A DNA stretch of 16,630 nt from Nitrospirota bacterium (GTDB lineage: Bacteria > Nitrospirota > UBA9217): the NCBI GenBank assembly GCA_029858565.1, contig JAOUEV010000066.1, positions 1 through 16,630 of the forward strand. Reading direction: 5' to 3'. Shown in pieces: positions 5,909 through 14,833 of this stretch (position 1 is its first letter; each line of letters begins with the position of its first letter). The position numbers were made by a program, and so were the translations under genes. Under the pieces are notes generated by a model. That model was not told the DNA's origin and searched no databases. It saw nothing but the letters and a program-made list of their open reading frames with translations.

Positions 5909-8326
5909 TTAAAAAATGACAGTAATGGTAGCCAGGGTAACTGCAGTCTTGAACAGGATATCAATGATATCCTTGGTGAACCGCATGATAGCATAACGCT
6001 CGATCTTCTGAGGCACAAAAATCGTATCTCCAGCCTTGAGCTTCATTTTTTCGATATTGCCGACATCGGGAGAATCGCTGCTGAATGCAAGACCATTTGC
6101 CTGCAGGACGAAGATCTGGCTATCGTCGGCATAATTCGTAAGACCGCCGGTTTGATTGAGATAATCGCGCACCCTGAAGTCAGGAATATAGACCTGCGCG
6201 CCTATACTGTGCACTTCTCCGAGAACAAGGATTTCCTGGGGGCGTTTCGGTATCATGATGGTATCGCCGTCCTGCAGCAGCAAATCATCCTTCGTGCCTT
6301 TCCAGGACTCGATATTTTCGGTTATGTTGATGGCGACTCTTCCCTCCATCTGCTCCTGCATGCTCTTGAGGTTCTCCAACAACCCCCGGTTCAGCTCAAG
6401 CTCAGCTTTTGCAAATTGAGCTTCCTCGGCGCTCACCGCAGTTCCTGCAACGCCTGCTGCCGATTGGATCATTTGCGACTGCATGCGGCTGATGAATGCC
6501 TGCATGTTCTTTGCCTGTGAAAGCTTCACATCTTTTCGTTTCAGTACCGTGCCGTAGGGATAAGCTTCCCGCGTAAAACCGCCTACGCGCAGGAGAAAGT
6601 CGCTGAGACGTTCGCCTTTATAGATCTCGTACTCCGCGGGACGAAGCACCTCGCCTTTAATAGTCACCTTTTCGACCTCGCGATAGGTCGTATACACGCG
6701 GATGAGGTCTTTCGGAAGGAGCGTGATGTTCTGGCTGCTGTCCCCTTTCATCAAGGCATCGAGATCAATGGGAATGACCTTGCGATCGAGAAAATCTGTT
6801 GAAAGTCGGATAACTTCGACATTGCGAAGCGCCGAGGTAGGCAGCAGCTGCGCATCCATAATGACGTCCTTGACGCGAAGTCCTTCCCTCCACTGGTAAT
6901 CGCCGGGATTCCGTACATCTCCCTGCAGGTTCACTTTTTCCCAAACCTTGTCGTAGAGCGGTTGGACAGAAATGACATCCATGTTCCTGACTTTTTCCTT
7001 GAGCGACGCGTCGGAGCTGGACGTTAGTGAAACCGGCACATCGAGATTGATGTCTTTGATGATCTTCTTCTGGTTATCGGTATCGGTGAAACGAGATACT
7101 TGAAGCCTGTTGTTGACGCCGATCGGCATGATGTTTCCAGCCATCTGAAGAGCTTCTCCGATCGTCTCGTGTCCTAAGAGCTCATAAATAGCCGGGCGGT
7201 AGACAGATCCTTTTACCCCCACGATAGGGCCAATGAGCGGAACCAATATTGTATCTTCATGCTGCAGTTTTATATCGTTTGTCCGGTCGCCTCTGATGAG
7301 GAAATCGTAGAGATCGATGGTCTTCACTACTTTTCCATTGCGCACGACCTGGATATTCCTGAGGCTGCCCCTTTTGGAAGGACCGCCTGCTGAGGCAAGA
7401 GCGCCGTAGAGCGTTGTCAGTGAATTGATGGAGTAGCTTCCGGGATTGACGAGTTCGCCGACAAGGTATACCGTGATCGTTTTTACCTTCCCCATGGCAA
7501 CGCTGATATTGAAGTTCGTAAAGTACTTGGAAAGGTGGCGCCGGAGTGTGTTCTCGAGTTCTCCGAAACGCAATCCTGCGACGGAAACCACCCCAACCTT
7601 CGGAAGTGTCACGGTACCCTCTTTAGTGACGAAGAGCATGAAGATGCCCTCAGCGGTACCCCACAGGGTCAGGGACAACTGATCTCCCGGACCTATGATG
7701 TAGTCCGGTCCGACCGGCATGCTCATGGACGAGGGAGACAATCGCGATGCTTTCTTCTGAAAAAGATCATAGCCAAACTGTTTCAGCTCGGCTTTGAGGA
7801 TCTCGGTGGGGAAATCACCCGAGAGGGTCCGCTCGAAGATGGACGGATCCTCCTCTATGTCGATGTCTTCGATGCCGATGATGCTCGTCGGCTTTTTCTT
7901 TCTCAGCTTCTGGAATTTCGCGATCAGTTTCTTGGCTATTTTAAAATTGCCGTTCTTAATCGCGCGGTTGATCTCTTCCGCAAGCATGGGATCCATACCT
8001 GTTGTATCGAGCCCGATGACATCCTTGTAGGTTTCTTTAAAATCCTCGTAGATCTTGCGTGCTGTTTCAAGGTCGCCCATTTTAACAGCTTCAGCAAAAG
8101 CTTGAGCAGCCTGCGGATCGTGTTTTTTTATTTCTTCCGTAGCATCGAAGCCCAAGACTACGATTGGCGTTTTTTCAAGTTGATCCTGCTGCGGGCCACC
8201 TGGATAGTTTTGCCCTGTGGTGCCTTGACCTTGCTGAGGGGTATTGCCGGGATATGCTTGCGCATATAATGCCTGTACAGGAAGGATAGAAAGAAGAACA
8301 AGCAAAACGAGGATGCGTTTTTTCAC
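5909..8326 (-). CDS. Polysaccharide export protein with Poly_export and multiple SLBB domains (KpsD/OtnA-like OPX family)
   Basis: QFGYDLF, DYIIGPGDQL, GTVTLPKVG, repeated V.GE/SV..PG.Y SLBB units and a C-terminal amphipathic helix (KDIIDILFKTAVTLATI). GTG 8326 follows GAGGT and gives a clean signal peptide MKKRILVLLVLLSILPVQALYA. Alternative start 8371. Confidence 0.9.
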   Translation of the reverse strand: MKKRILVLLVLLSILPVQALYAQAYPGNTPQQGQGTTGQNYPGGPQQDQLEKTPIVVLGFDATEEIKKHDPQAAQAFAEAVKMGDLETARKIYEDFKETYKDVIGLDTTGMDPMLAEEINRAIKNGNFKIAKKLIAKFQKLRKKKPTSIIGIEDIDIEEDPSIFERTLSGDFPTEILKAELKQFGYDLFQKKASRLSPSSMSMPVGPDYIIGPGDQLSLTLWGTAEGIFMLFVTKEGTVTLPKVGVVSVAGLRFGELENTLRRHLSKYFTNFNISVAMGKVKTITVYLVGELVNPGSYSINSLTTLYGALASAGGPSKRGSLRNIQVVRNGKVVKTIDLYDFLIRGDRTNDIKLQHEDTILVPLIGPIVGVKGSVYRPAIYELLGHETIGEALQMAGNIMPIGVNNRLQVSRFTDTDNQKKIIKDINLDVPVSLTSSSDASLKEKVRNMDVISVQPLYDKVWEKVNLQGDVRNPGDYQWREGLRVKDVIMDAQLLPTSALRNVEVIRLSTDFLDRKVIPIDLDALMKGDSSQNITLLPKDLIRVYTTYREVEKVTIKGEVLRPAEYEIYKGERLSDFLLRVGGFTREAYPYGTVLKRKDVKLSQAKNMQAFISRMQSQMIQSAAGVAGTAVSAEEAQFAKAELELNRGLLENLKSMQEQMEGRVAINITENIESWKGTKDDLLLQDGDTIMIPKRPQEILVLGEVHSIGAQVYIPDFRVRDYLNQTGGLTNYADDSQIFVLQANGLAFSSDSPDVGNIEKMKLKAGDTIFVPQKIERYAIMRFTKDIIDILFKTAVTLATITVIF

Positions 8327-8405
8327 GAATGCCGGTACCTCATGATAGTGCCATGTGGATAATTTAATCATGTTTTCAATGGATTAATGTTCTTTTTGCA
8401 GGGTG

Positions 8406-8434
8406 AATATAACAGATGGATAGCAGAAAAGCAA
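8406..8434 (-). promoter_or_regulatory. Putative sigma70 promoter for the export genes
   Basis: Minus strand TTGCTT-17 nt-TATATT with a TGn extended -10, about 80 nt upstream of the proposed start at 8326. Confidence 0.55.
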
Positions 8435-8516
8435 CAGGATTCTTGAAGAGAAACTACATGCTCCCCAATACTAAGTTGGTAGGTATATATATACAGACTA
8501 ATGGATCGGCAAATGA

Positions 8517-10448
8517 TTAATTCGCAATGTCAGGAATAATCTCGTATTCCATGTCCCTGATGGAATGTATCACTGTTCCCGGACCACCCTTTTCCGGCTG
8601 GTAATCCGGAACAATAAGCTTGATCTTATTCACGGTCCTGTCCTTGAAGCCTTTCTGAAGTTCATCAAGCAAGGCTTCGATATTCCCCAGCAAGATAGGC
8701 CAGTTGATCTGCTCGGCAGCCGCCACCTTAATTTTTTCGTGCAGCGTTGATTTGATCTCTTCTCCCTGAGTGAGCAGTTCTTCGTACAATTTTTCACCTG
8801 GTCGAAGACCGGTGAATACGATCTTGATGTCTTTATCAGGCTCAAGACCGGAAAGAGATATCATGTCCCTGGCCAGATCGACGATTTTGACCGGCTCTCC
8901 CATGTCAAGGATGAATATTTCGCCGCCCTGCCCCATGGCGCCTGCCTGCATGATAAGCTGTACCGCTTCAGGGATGGTCATGAAATAGCGATAGATCTCC
9001 GGATGCGTAACCGTGACCGGCCCGCCTTTGGCTATCTGTTCTTTAAATCGAGGAATGACGCTTCCTATGCTATTCAAGACATTCCCAAAGCGCACAGTAA
9101 CGAATTTCGTTTTACTGCTTTCACCCAATCCCTGGCAGATGAGTTCAGCGATCCGTTTGCTTGCACCCATAATGTTCGTTGGCCGGACTGCTTTATCCGT
9201 GGATACCATGACAAATTTGCGTACTCCGTGAGTAACGGCAAGATGCGCAACTGTCCAGGTGCCGAGCACATTGTTGATCAATGCCTCATCAGGATTGATT
9301 TCCATCAGGGGAACATGTTTGTATGCGGCAGCATGGAAAATGACTTCCGGCATGAACTGCTTTAATGTTTTTTCAACCCGTTGCTGATTCAAAACGTCCC
9401 CGATTACCGGATGAAGTTCCAGGTCTGGAAATAGTTCCATCAGTGTCATGTGAATCTGGTAGAGATTGAACTCAGATCGCTCAAAAAGAATAAGCTGCTT
9501 GGGTGAATATTTAGCCACTTGGCGGCAGAGTTCCGAACCAATTGAACCTCCCGCGCCGGTGATCATAACAGTCTTTTCGCGAAGATAGGACTTGATAGCA
9601 CCGGTATCGAGTTTTGCAGATTCTCGTCCTAAAAGATCTTCGATCTGGAATTCTCGGAGAGCACTGACCTTCACCGTGCCATCGAGGATATCACCGACAG
9701 CCGGAAGGGTCTTGAATTTGACATGAGCATTCTTGCACGTCATCATTATCCTTCGCTTGGCTTTCGAAGGGGCTACGGGAATGGCCAGAAAGACTTCTTC
9801 TACCTTATGTTCCTCTACGATATTAGGAATATCGCGGGTATTTCCCAGAACTTTATATCCATGAATCGTTAAATTTCGTTTGGCCCGGTTATCATCAACA
9901 AAACCAACAGGCGCATACCCGAGGCGATAGTTGCCAAGGATCTCGCGAAGTATCATTTCTCCAGCCCTGCCGGCTCCGACAATGAGGATCTTTTTGCTTG
10001 CCGGATCAGAGGAGTTAGCGATATTGACCTTGAACCACCCCTCCCGGTACAGACGGTAGGTAAAACGGCTCCCACCCACGAGAACGATAACGATGAACCA
10101 GTCGATGATAAAGACCGATCTTGGGTACTCATTGAGACGCTGGAACAGAAACAGCAGTCCAACGATGAACAAGGAACCGAACGTTGCTGACTGGAGCAGG
10201 ACGATAAGATCTCGGACGCTCACAAAGCGCCACATACCTCGGTAGAGACCGCGATTATAGAACAGGAAAAGTCTGATTATCAGCGCAAGTGGCAGGGTAA
10301 ACAGAATCTGTCGCAACTGTTCTTCGCTAAGCATCAATGTGCCGAAACGAAGACTGTAGGAGATAAAGAGTGATGCACTCACGAGCAATGCATCGCTCAC
10401 AAAAACAAGGATCTGCTTAATTCTTTGTTTATGCATAATTTCGATCAT
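8517..10448 (-). CDS. Membrane-anchored UDP-GlcNAc 4,6-dehydratase (PglF/CapD/WbpM family)
   Basis: Four N-terminal TM segments, IVGAGRAG, IEDLLGRE, ITGAGGSIGSEL, FHAAAYKHVPLME, STDKAVRPTNIMGASKR, VRFGNVL, RYFMTIPEA and GLRPGEKLYEEL. Confidence 0.95.
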   Translation of the reverse strand: MIEIMHKQRIKQILVFVSDALLVSASLFISYSLRFGTLMLSEEQLRQILFTLPLALIIRLFLFYNRGLYRGMWRFVSVRDLIVLLQSATFGSLFIVGLLFLFQRLNEYPRSVFIIDWFIVIVLVGGSRFTYRLYREGWFKVNIANSSDPASKKILIVGAGRAGEMILREILGNYRLGYAPVGFVDDNRAKRNLTIHGYKVLGNTRDIPNIVEEHKVEEVFLAIPVAPSKAKRRIMMTCKNAHVKFKTLPAVGDILDGTVKVSALREFQIEDLLGRESAKLDTGAIKSYLREKTVMITGAGGSIGSELCRQVAKYSPKQLILFERSEFNLYQIHMTLMELFPDLELHPVIGDVLNQQRVEKTLKQFMPEVIFHAAAYKHVPLMEINPDEALINNVLGTWTVAHLAVTHGVRKFVMVSTDKAVRPTNIMGASKRIAELICQGLGESSKTKFVTVRFGNVLNSIGSVIPRFKEQIAKGGPVTVTHPEIYRYFMTIPEAVQLIMQAGAMGQGGEIFILDMGEPVKIVDLARDMISLSGLEPDKDIKIVFTGLRPGEKLYEELLTQGEEIKSTLHEKIKVAAAEQINWPILLGNIEALLDELQKGFKDRTVNKIKLIVPDYQPEKGGPGTVIHSIRDMEYEIIPDIAN

Positions 10449-10481
10449 AGGAGATAATTCCCTCTTTTCAGGAACGCATTG

Positions 10482-10510
10482 ATAGTATCTTTTTTCCCGT
10501 CTCCTGTCAA
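10482..10510 (-). promoter_or_regulatory. Putative sigma70 promoter for the dehydratase gene
   Basis: Minus strand TTGACA (10510-10505), 17-nt spacer, TACTAT (10487-10482), 33 nt upstream of ATG 10448. Confidence 0.7.
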
Positions 10511-10627
10511 GACGTTAGCAGATATAATTAATTGTATCTACAGGTAAATTTCACCTGGATTGTACAGTTTCTATATGGCAAGCGCCAAGATGGAACCGGA
10601 AACTATCCGTTGAATATGCTCGTCTTT

Positions 10628-11188
10628 TCAATGGGTAATACCTTCACGAAAAATTACTTTTGAAAATGTTTTGAACAGGATTTTGAGATCAAAAAGAAAC
10701 GACCGTTTTTTCATGTAAAATTCATCATATTCGACTTTTACGGGAATAGGAAGTTCATCACGACCATTGATCTGCGCCCATCCGGTAAGACCGGGCTGAA
10801 GAACGTGTATCCCTTTTTTCGTTCGTAAAGTAATTAGGTCGTCCTGGTTGAACAGGGCAGGACGAGGGCCCACGAAGCTCATATCACCTTTCAGGATGCT
10901 GATAAGCTGCGGCAGTTCATCGAGGCTCGATTTGCGGAGGAATTTGCCTGGAAGTGTTACATGCTGGTCAGGATTAGAAAGAAGGTGCGTAGCAACTGCG
11001 GGGGTATCAATCTTCATCGTCCGGAACTTGGGCATGTTAAAGAGTGTATTATCCTTCCCTACCCGCCTGGACCAGTACAATATTGGTCCAGGTGAAGTCG
11101 CCTTTATCAAGATGGCAATTATCAGCAAGCATGGTCCAAGCAGGATTAAAAGGATGAACGCATTTATGAGATCGAAGATTCGTTTCAT
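10628..11188 (-). CDS. Small monotopic phosphoglycosyl transferase (Bac_transf / PglC-like; initiating undecaprenyl-P sugar-phosphate transferase)
   Basis: MKRIFD, a single hydrophobic segment, KFRTM, LRKSSLDELPQL, GDMSFVGPRP and PGLTGWAQINGR. Confidence 0.93.
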   Translation of the reverse strand: MKRIFDLINAFILLILLGPCLLIIAILIKATSPGPILYWSRRVGKDNTLFNMPKFRTMKIDTPAVATHLLSNPDQHVTLPGKFLRKSSLDELPQLISILKGDMSFVGPRPALFNQDDLITLRTKKGIHVLQPGLTGWAQINGRDELPIPVKVEYDEFYMKKRSFLFDLKILFKTFSKVIFREGITH

Positions 11189-11216
11189 TCCACGTAACAG
11201 GTAGGATGGTGGATTG

Positions 11217-12197
11217 TCAGATCATCTGTTCAACGTGAGCGTACGACTGTTTTTTAAACCATGCAGCCGTTTCTTTTAGACCCTGCTCAAGGGTAAAAGG
11301 CGGGGACCAGCCCAGTTCGCGACGGATCTTGGTGCTGTCCACCCGAAGCGACCCGAGCAGCCGATCTACCGCGTCAGTTTTACCCGCAATCTTTCCTGCA
11401 AGTCCGATGACGGATGGTGGGAATGGCAAGAGTCTTGCCGGGCATTCCAGTGCAGACGCTACTTTTCTGATTAGTTCGGGTGTAGAGATGTCTTCGCCGT
11501 CACTGACCAGATAAATCTGTGCGGCTGCCCTGGGGTGCCTGAGGCAGGTAAGGATTGCATCAATCAAGTTGCCGAGATAGATCAGGCTTCGTTGGTTGTT
11601 AACTCGGGACAGCGGCAGCGGATAGCCTTTCTGTACTATGCGAAGCAGCCGATAAAAATTGGCTTTAACTTCAGGACCGTATACCAAGGGAGGTCGAATA
11701 ATTACCACCTCCATGCCCGTTTTTTGTCCGAGTTCTCGCAGTCCAAGTTCGGCTTCCAATTTGGTGATGCCATAGGGATCGACCGGCGCAGGTATGTCAT
11801 CGGCAGCATAGGGTCGATCCTGCGTTGTTCTCTCTCCGTTGACCTTTATCGAACTGAGATAAATAAACCGTCGTACGCCACTGAGGGACGCTTGACGTGC
11901 AAGGTTGAGCGTCCCTTCTACATTGATACGGCGAAATTCGCTGATCGGGTCAGATGTTGAATCATGCATAATATGCACGCGAGCAGCTGTATGCACGACA
12001 GCATCCACACCTTTGACCGCGGTTTTCCAATCTGTATCCCGAGATAGATCACCAACGACAACAGTTTCAATACCGGAAGGAAATGACGAGCTCAGTTGTC
12101 GAAAGGCACCTCGAACCTGGAGTCCTGTGTCTGCTGCAGCACGGACCAGCAGCGCCTTGCCGATAAATCCTGTTGCTCCTGTTACCAGTACGCGCAT
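11217..12197 (-). CDS. NAD-dependent epimerase/4-reductase (extended SDR, WbpV/WbpK-like)
   Basis: VLVTGATGFIG, VHTAARVH, LSSIKVNGE, YGITK (YxxxK), IRPPLVYGP and NQRSLIYLGNL. Confidence 0.88.
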   Translation of the reverse strand: MRVLVTGATGFIGKALLVRAAADTGLQVRGAFRQLSSSFPSGIETVVVGDLSRDTDWKTAVKGVDAVVHTAARVHIMHDSTSDPISEFRRINVEGTLNLARQASLSGVRRFIYLSSIKVNGERTTQDRPYAADDIPAPVDPYGITKLEAELGLRELGQKTGMEVVIIRPPLVYGPEVKANFYRLLRIVQKGYPLPLSRVNNQRSLIYLGNLIDAILTCLRHPRAAAQIYLVSDGEDISTPELIRKVASALECPARLLPFPPSVIGLAGKIAGKTDAVDRLLGSLRVDSTKIRRELGWSPPFTLEQGLKETAAWFKKQSYAHVEQMI

Positions 12198-12275
12198 TCC
12201 AGCTTAAACCCACCCCAATTCATCAACGATAATCCCGTCTCTTGAGTACGTTCATCTATTCTCACATGAAGGACT

Positions 12276-13454
12276 TTATCTGCAAACAACTCCCGGTGAA
12301 GCTATCATACGCTGATAAAACTTGGAACATGCCTCGGTAATTCGCGATTGCGAAAAAAGGTCTCTTGCTCGAGATTGCGCTGCGGTGCCCATTCGATGCC
12401 GTAAATCATCATCTGTTGCCAGAAGCAGCATTGCTTTTGCTATTTCCCGATCATCAGCTGGTTGATGGAGAATACCGGTAACCCCGTCATCCACGGCATC
12501 GGTTACACCGTAAATACGGGATGCGATTGCCGGTATTCCGACTGAAGCAGCTTCGATGATCACGCTGGAAAAACCTTCTCGGTAACTGGGGAGACAAAAT
12601 ATATCGGCGGCTGACAAATAGTCCTCAGGACGATCTGTGTAGTTGACTCTGTGCACTCGACCCGGGAATCGGATGGCAAGACCGGAAAACGCTGTTTCGA
12701 GACCTTCCTCATCCGGTCCGACGATCATTAAGTGGAGCCCTGTGCATTTATCTGCAATCGAGGCAAATGCACGAGATAGATCCAAAAGCCCTTTATCGTA
12801 GTTTAGCCTCCCAAGATAAATAAACACAATGTCATTATCTAATATGCTGTATTGGGAGCGTATGTGGCGTCGCACTGTTGGGTCGAGCTTAAAGCGATTT
12901 GTATCGACGCCGGCGATTGAACCATTTGCAAGCACCTCAATCTTGGATGCGGATACAATGTCATTCTGTATGAGAAAGGATCTCTGTGAAGGGCTGTCGG
13001 CAAGGAGGTGCGTGGCGTTCCATGCAAGGATCCGGTCAAGTGATTTCAGTATAAATTTATGATATCCTTTTTTATTTGCCCACACTTGTCCGGTGAAGGT
13101 ATGAACACGGAGAGGTATTCCTGAAAAACGAGCTGCCACCATAGACAGCAATCCTGACTTCGGCATCATGGAATGAACGATATCGAATTTCATTCGTTTG
13201 AATAAACGCCATAGACGGATCAATGCAATTATATCGTTCCTGAGATGGATTCTTCGATCGATCTGAATCGGCTGGAACGAAACGTTGTTTCCTAGCAGGT
13301 CCGCGATATCATCGTGCGAACCGCTGGCAACCAGTGTTATGTCGAAGGTGTTTCGAAGTTCAATAATATGCGGGGTCATAAACCATTTGAGGACAAATGG
13401 CACCGTCGCCACGATACATATACGCTTACGATTACTTGATGACTTTTCAATCAC
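12276..13454 (-). CDS. Glycosyltransferase family 4 (GT-B)
   Basis: DIVHSMMPKSGLL, HTFTGQ, GRLNYDKG and CLPSYREGFSSVIIEA (EX7E). Start placed at GTG 13454; the ORF-track start at 13514 runs through a GC hairpin. Confidence 0.9.
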   Translation of the reverse strand: MIEKSSSNRKRICIVATVPFVLKWFMTPHIIELRNTFDITLVASGSHDDIADLLGNNVSFQPIQIDRRIHLRNDIIALIRLWRLFKRMKFDIVHSMMPKSGLLSMVAARFSGIPLRVHTFTGQVWANKKGYHKFILKSLDRILAWNATHLLADSPSQRSFLIQNDIVSASKIEVLANGSIAGVDTNRFKLDPTVRRHIRSQYSILDNDIVFIYLGRLNYDKGLLDLSRAFASIADKCTGLHLMIVGPDEEGLETAFSGLAIRFPGRVHRVNYTDRPEDYLSAADIFCLPSYREGFSSVIIEAASVGIPAIASRIYGVTDAVDDGVTGILHQPADDREIAKAMLLLATDDDLRHRMGTAAQSRARDLFSQSRITEACSKFYQRMIASPGVVCR

Positions 13455-13480
13455 AATAGGTTCTCTTGTAAATGACCCTC

Positions 13481-13503
13481 CCCCGGCAAGAGCCGGGGTT
13501 TTT
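13481..13503 (+). repeat. GC-rich stem-loop followed by a T-tract (terminator-like on + strand; possible IS200/IS605 end remnant)
   Basis: CCCCGGC-AAGA-GCCGGGG-TTTTT: a perfect 7-bp all-GC stem in an AT-rich intergenic context. Confidence 0.6.
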
Positions 13504-13579
13504 GTGCGGCTCAATTAATACCGTTATCTTTATTTATGTCATTGTCATAGAGGTAACCGCAATTAAAGCTCTGAATCGT

Positions 13580-14833
13580 TTAAATTAAACGGTAATGAGT
13601 TATATTATCAGTCGCATGTTGATGCCTGTCATAATGATTATAATTGAGCATCAAGTATATATATAGGGAGAACAATACCGCTCCAGGAGGAGACAGTAAT
13701 CCGGGGTAATGCACGAAAGATAGGTAAAAGAAGATTGTCGGAATGATGAATTTTGTAATAGTCGATATGAATAGTAGAGGGACTATCAATACCAATATTG
13801 AACCGAAAAGGCCAATCGCATTGTACATTACAATATAGCCAAAATCACCGGAAGTGAGGGCCTCCGAAAGGCTTGTTTCTGTTTGCATGCCGAAGAGAAC
13901 AGATATGAGGTTTGCATTTTGCATTTCAAGATTGGAACGGACGATTTCGATCTTGTAATCATATATTAATTCAGCATAACTCATAGAGAACTTGTCGAAA
14001 TCATCAATTGTTGTTGTCAAGTAGATGCTTCCGTATATACAGACTATAAGCAAAGCAACCATACCGATTAATTGGAGCAGAGAGTTTAATTTTAACTGAA
14101 ATCGAGAAAACAATTTAAAACTTAAATAAAGAAGGAGTAATACGAAACCAGTTCCGGATGCCAGAATCAGGATAGAAACAATCAGCAGGAGTGTTCTGTA
14201 GGTGAATATATTGTCCGTATGTTCTCTTGTCGATGCATGAGAAGTGCATTTCTCGTAAGAAGATATACCTGTAAGAATATCCTTCACAGTGTCAGCAAGA
14301 ACCACTGAGAAGATCAATACGCAGGATGTCATGGATGCATTGCCAGCAATACCCAATGGTCGTTGATAAAAGCCCATGAACTTAACGCGTTCACTTGAGT
14401 CTTCTGGCAATGAAAAGAAATATAGATGTTCTGCTATGGGGCTGTTGACAAGGATTGCTTCAAGAATAGTTAATGCAAATATTGCGATAATAAATCGGTC
14501 AGAGATGAATACTGGAACATCAGGTTGCTTTTGCGAGGATAATATGACGAGTGGCGGTATAAAAGAAAAATAGAATAAAACATGCTGAAACCGGATTGCT
14601 GAATAACCAAAAGAAAAAATACAGGCCCAATAGAATATTACGCAGAGAATATAAAAAAGAAATTTGACGGGCAATACAGGCTTTCTCATGTATAGTAGCA
14701 GCAATGCCGCTTGAGCAGGTATTGTAGTAAGGATAAACCTTGAGAAATACAATAGCTGCAAGCTGTGCCTGCTCAGTTTCTTTGACGATAGACTCACGTT
14801 GTTATGCCCGTTCTCTCCGTGAAAGATTATCAC
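13580..14833 (-). CDS. wzy: Polytopic membrane protein, probable O-antigen/capsule polymerase (Wzy-like)
   Basis: About 10 hydrophobic segments, an R..G...N loop motif (QRPLGIAGNAS), a second loop ending SGDFGY...Y..IGLFG, low GC and a position among GT genes. Start uncertain (alternative GTG 14797). Confidence 0.62.
   Translation of the reverse strand: MIIFHGENGHNNVSLSSKKLSRHSLQLLYFSRFILTTIPAQAALLLLYMRKPVLPVKFLFYILCVIFYWACIFSFGYSAIRFQHVLFYFSFIPPLVILSSQKQPDVPVFISDRFIIAIFALTILEAILVNSPIAEHLYFFSLPEDSSERVKFMGFYQRPLGIAGNASMTSCVLIFSVVLADTVKDILTGISSYEKCTSHASTREHTDNIFTYRTLLLIVSILILASGTGFVLLLLYLSFKLFSRFQLKLNSLLQLIGMVALLIVCIYGSIYLTTTIDDFDKFSMSYAELIYDYKIEIVRSNLEMQNANLISVLFGMQTETSLSEALTSGDFGYIVMYNAIGLFGSILVLIVPLLFISTITKFIIPTIFFYLSFVHYPGLLSPPGAVLFSLYIYLMLNYNHYDRHQHATDNITHYRLI

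Noticed and set aside
5881-6018. N-terminal extension of Wzz overlapping the exporter gene
   Set aside because: Wzz homology begins at DEIDL just after Met 5880/5871; the extension is an incidental open frame.
7535-8269. 244-aa + strand ORF
   Set aside because: Lies wholly antisense to the well-supported SLBB exporter and has no recognisable motifs; treated as a shadow ORF.
8483-8494. Palindrome GTATATATATAC
   Set aside because: A short TA microsatellite is self-complementary by nature; no other support for function.
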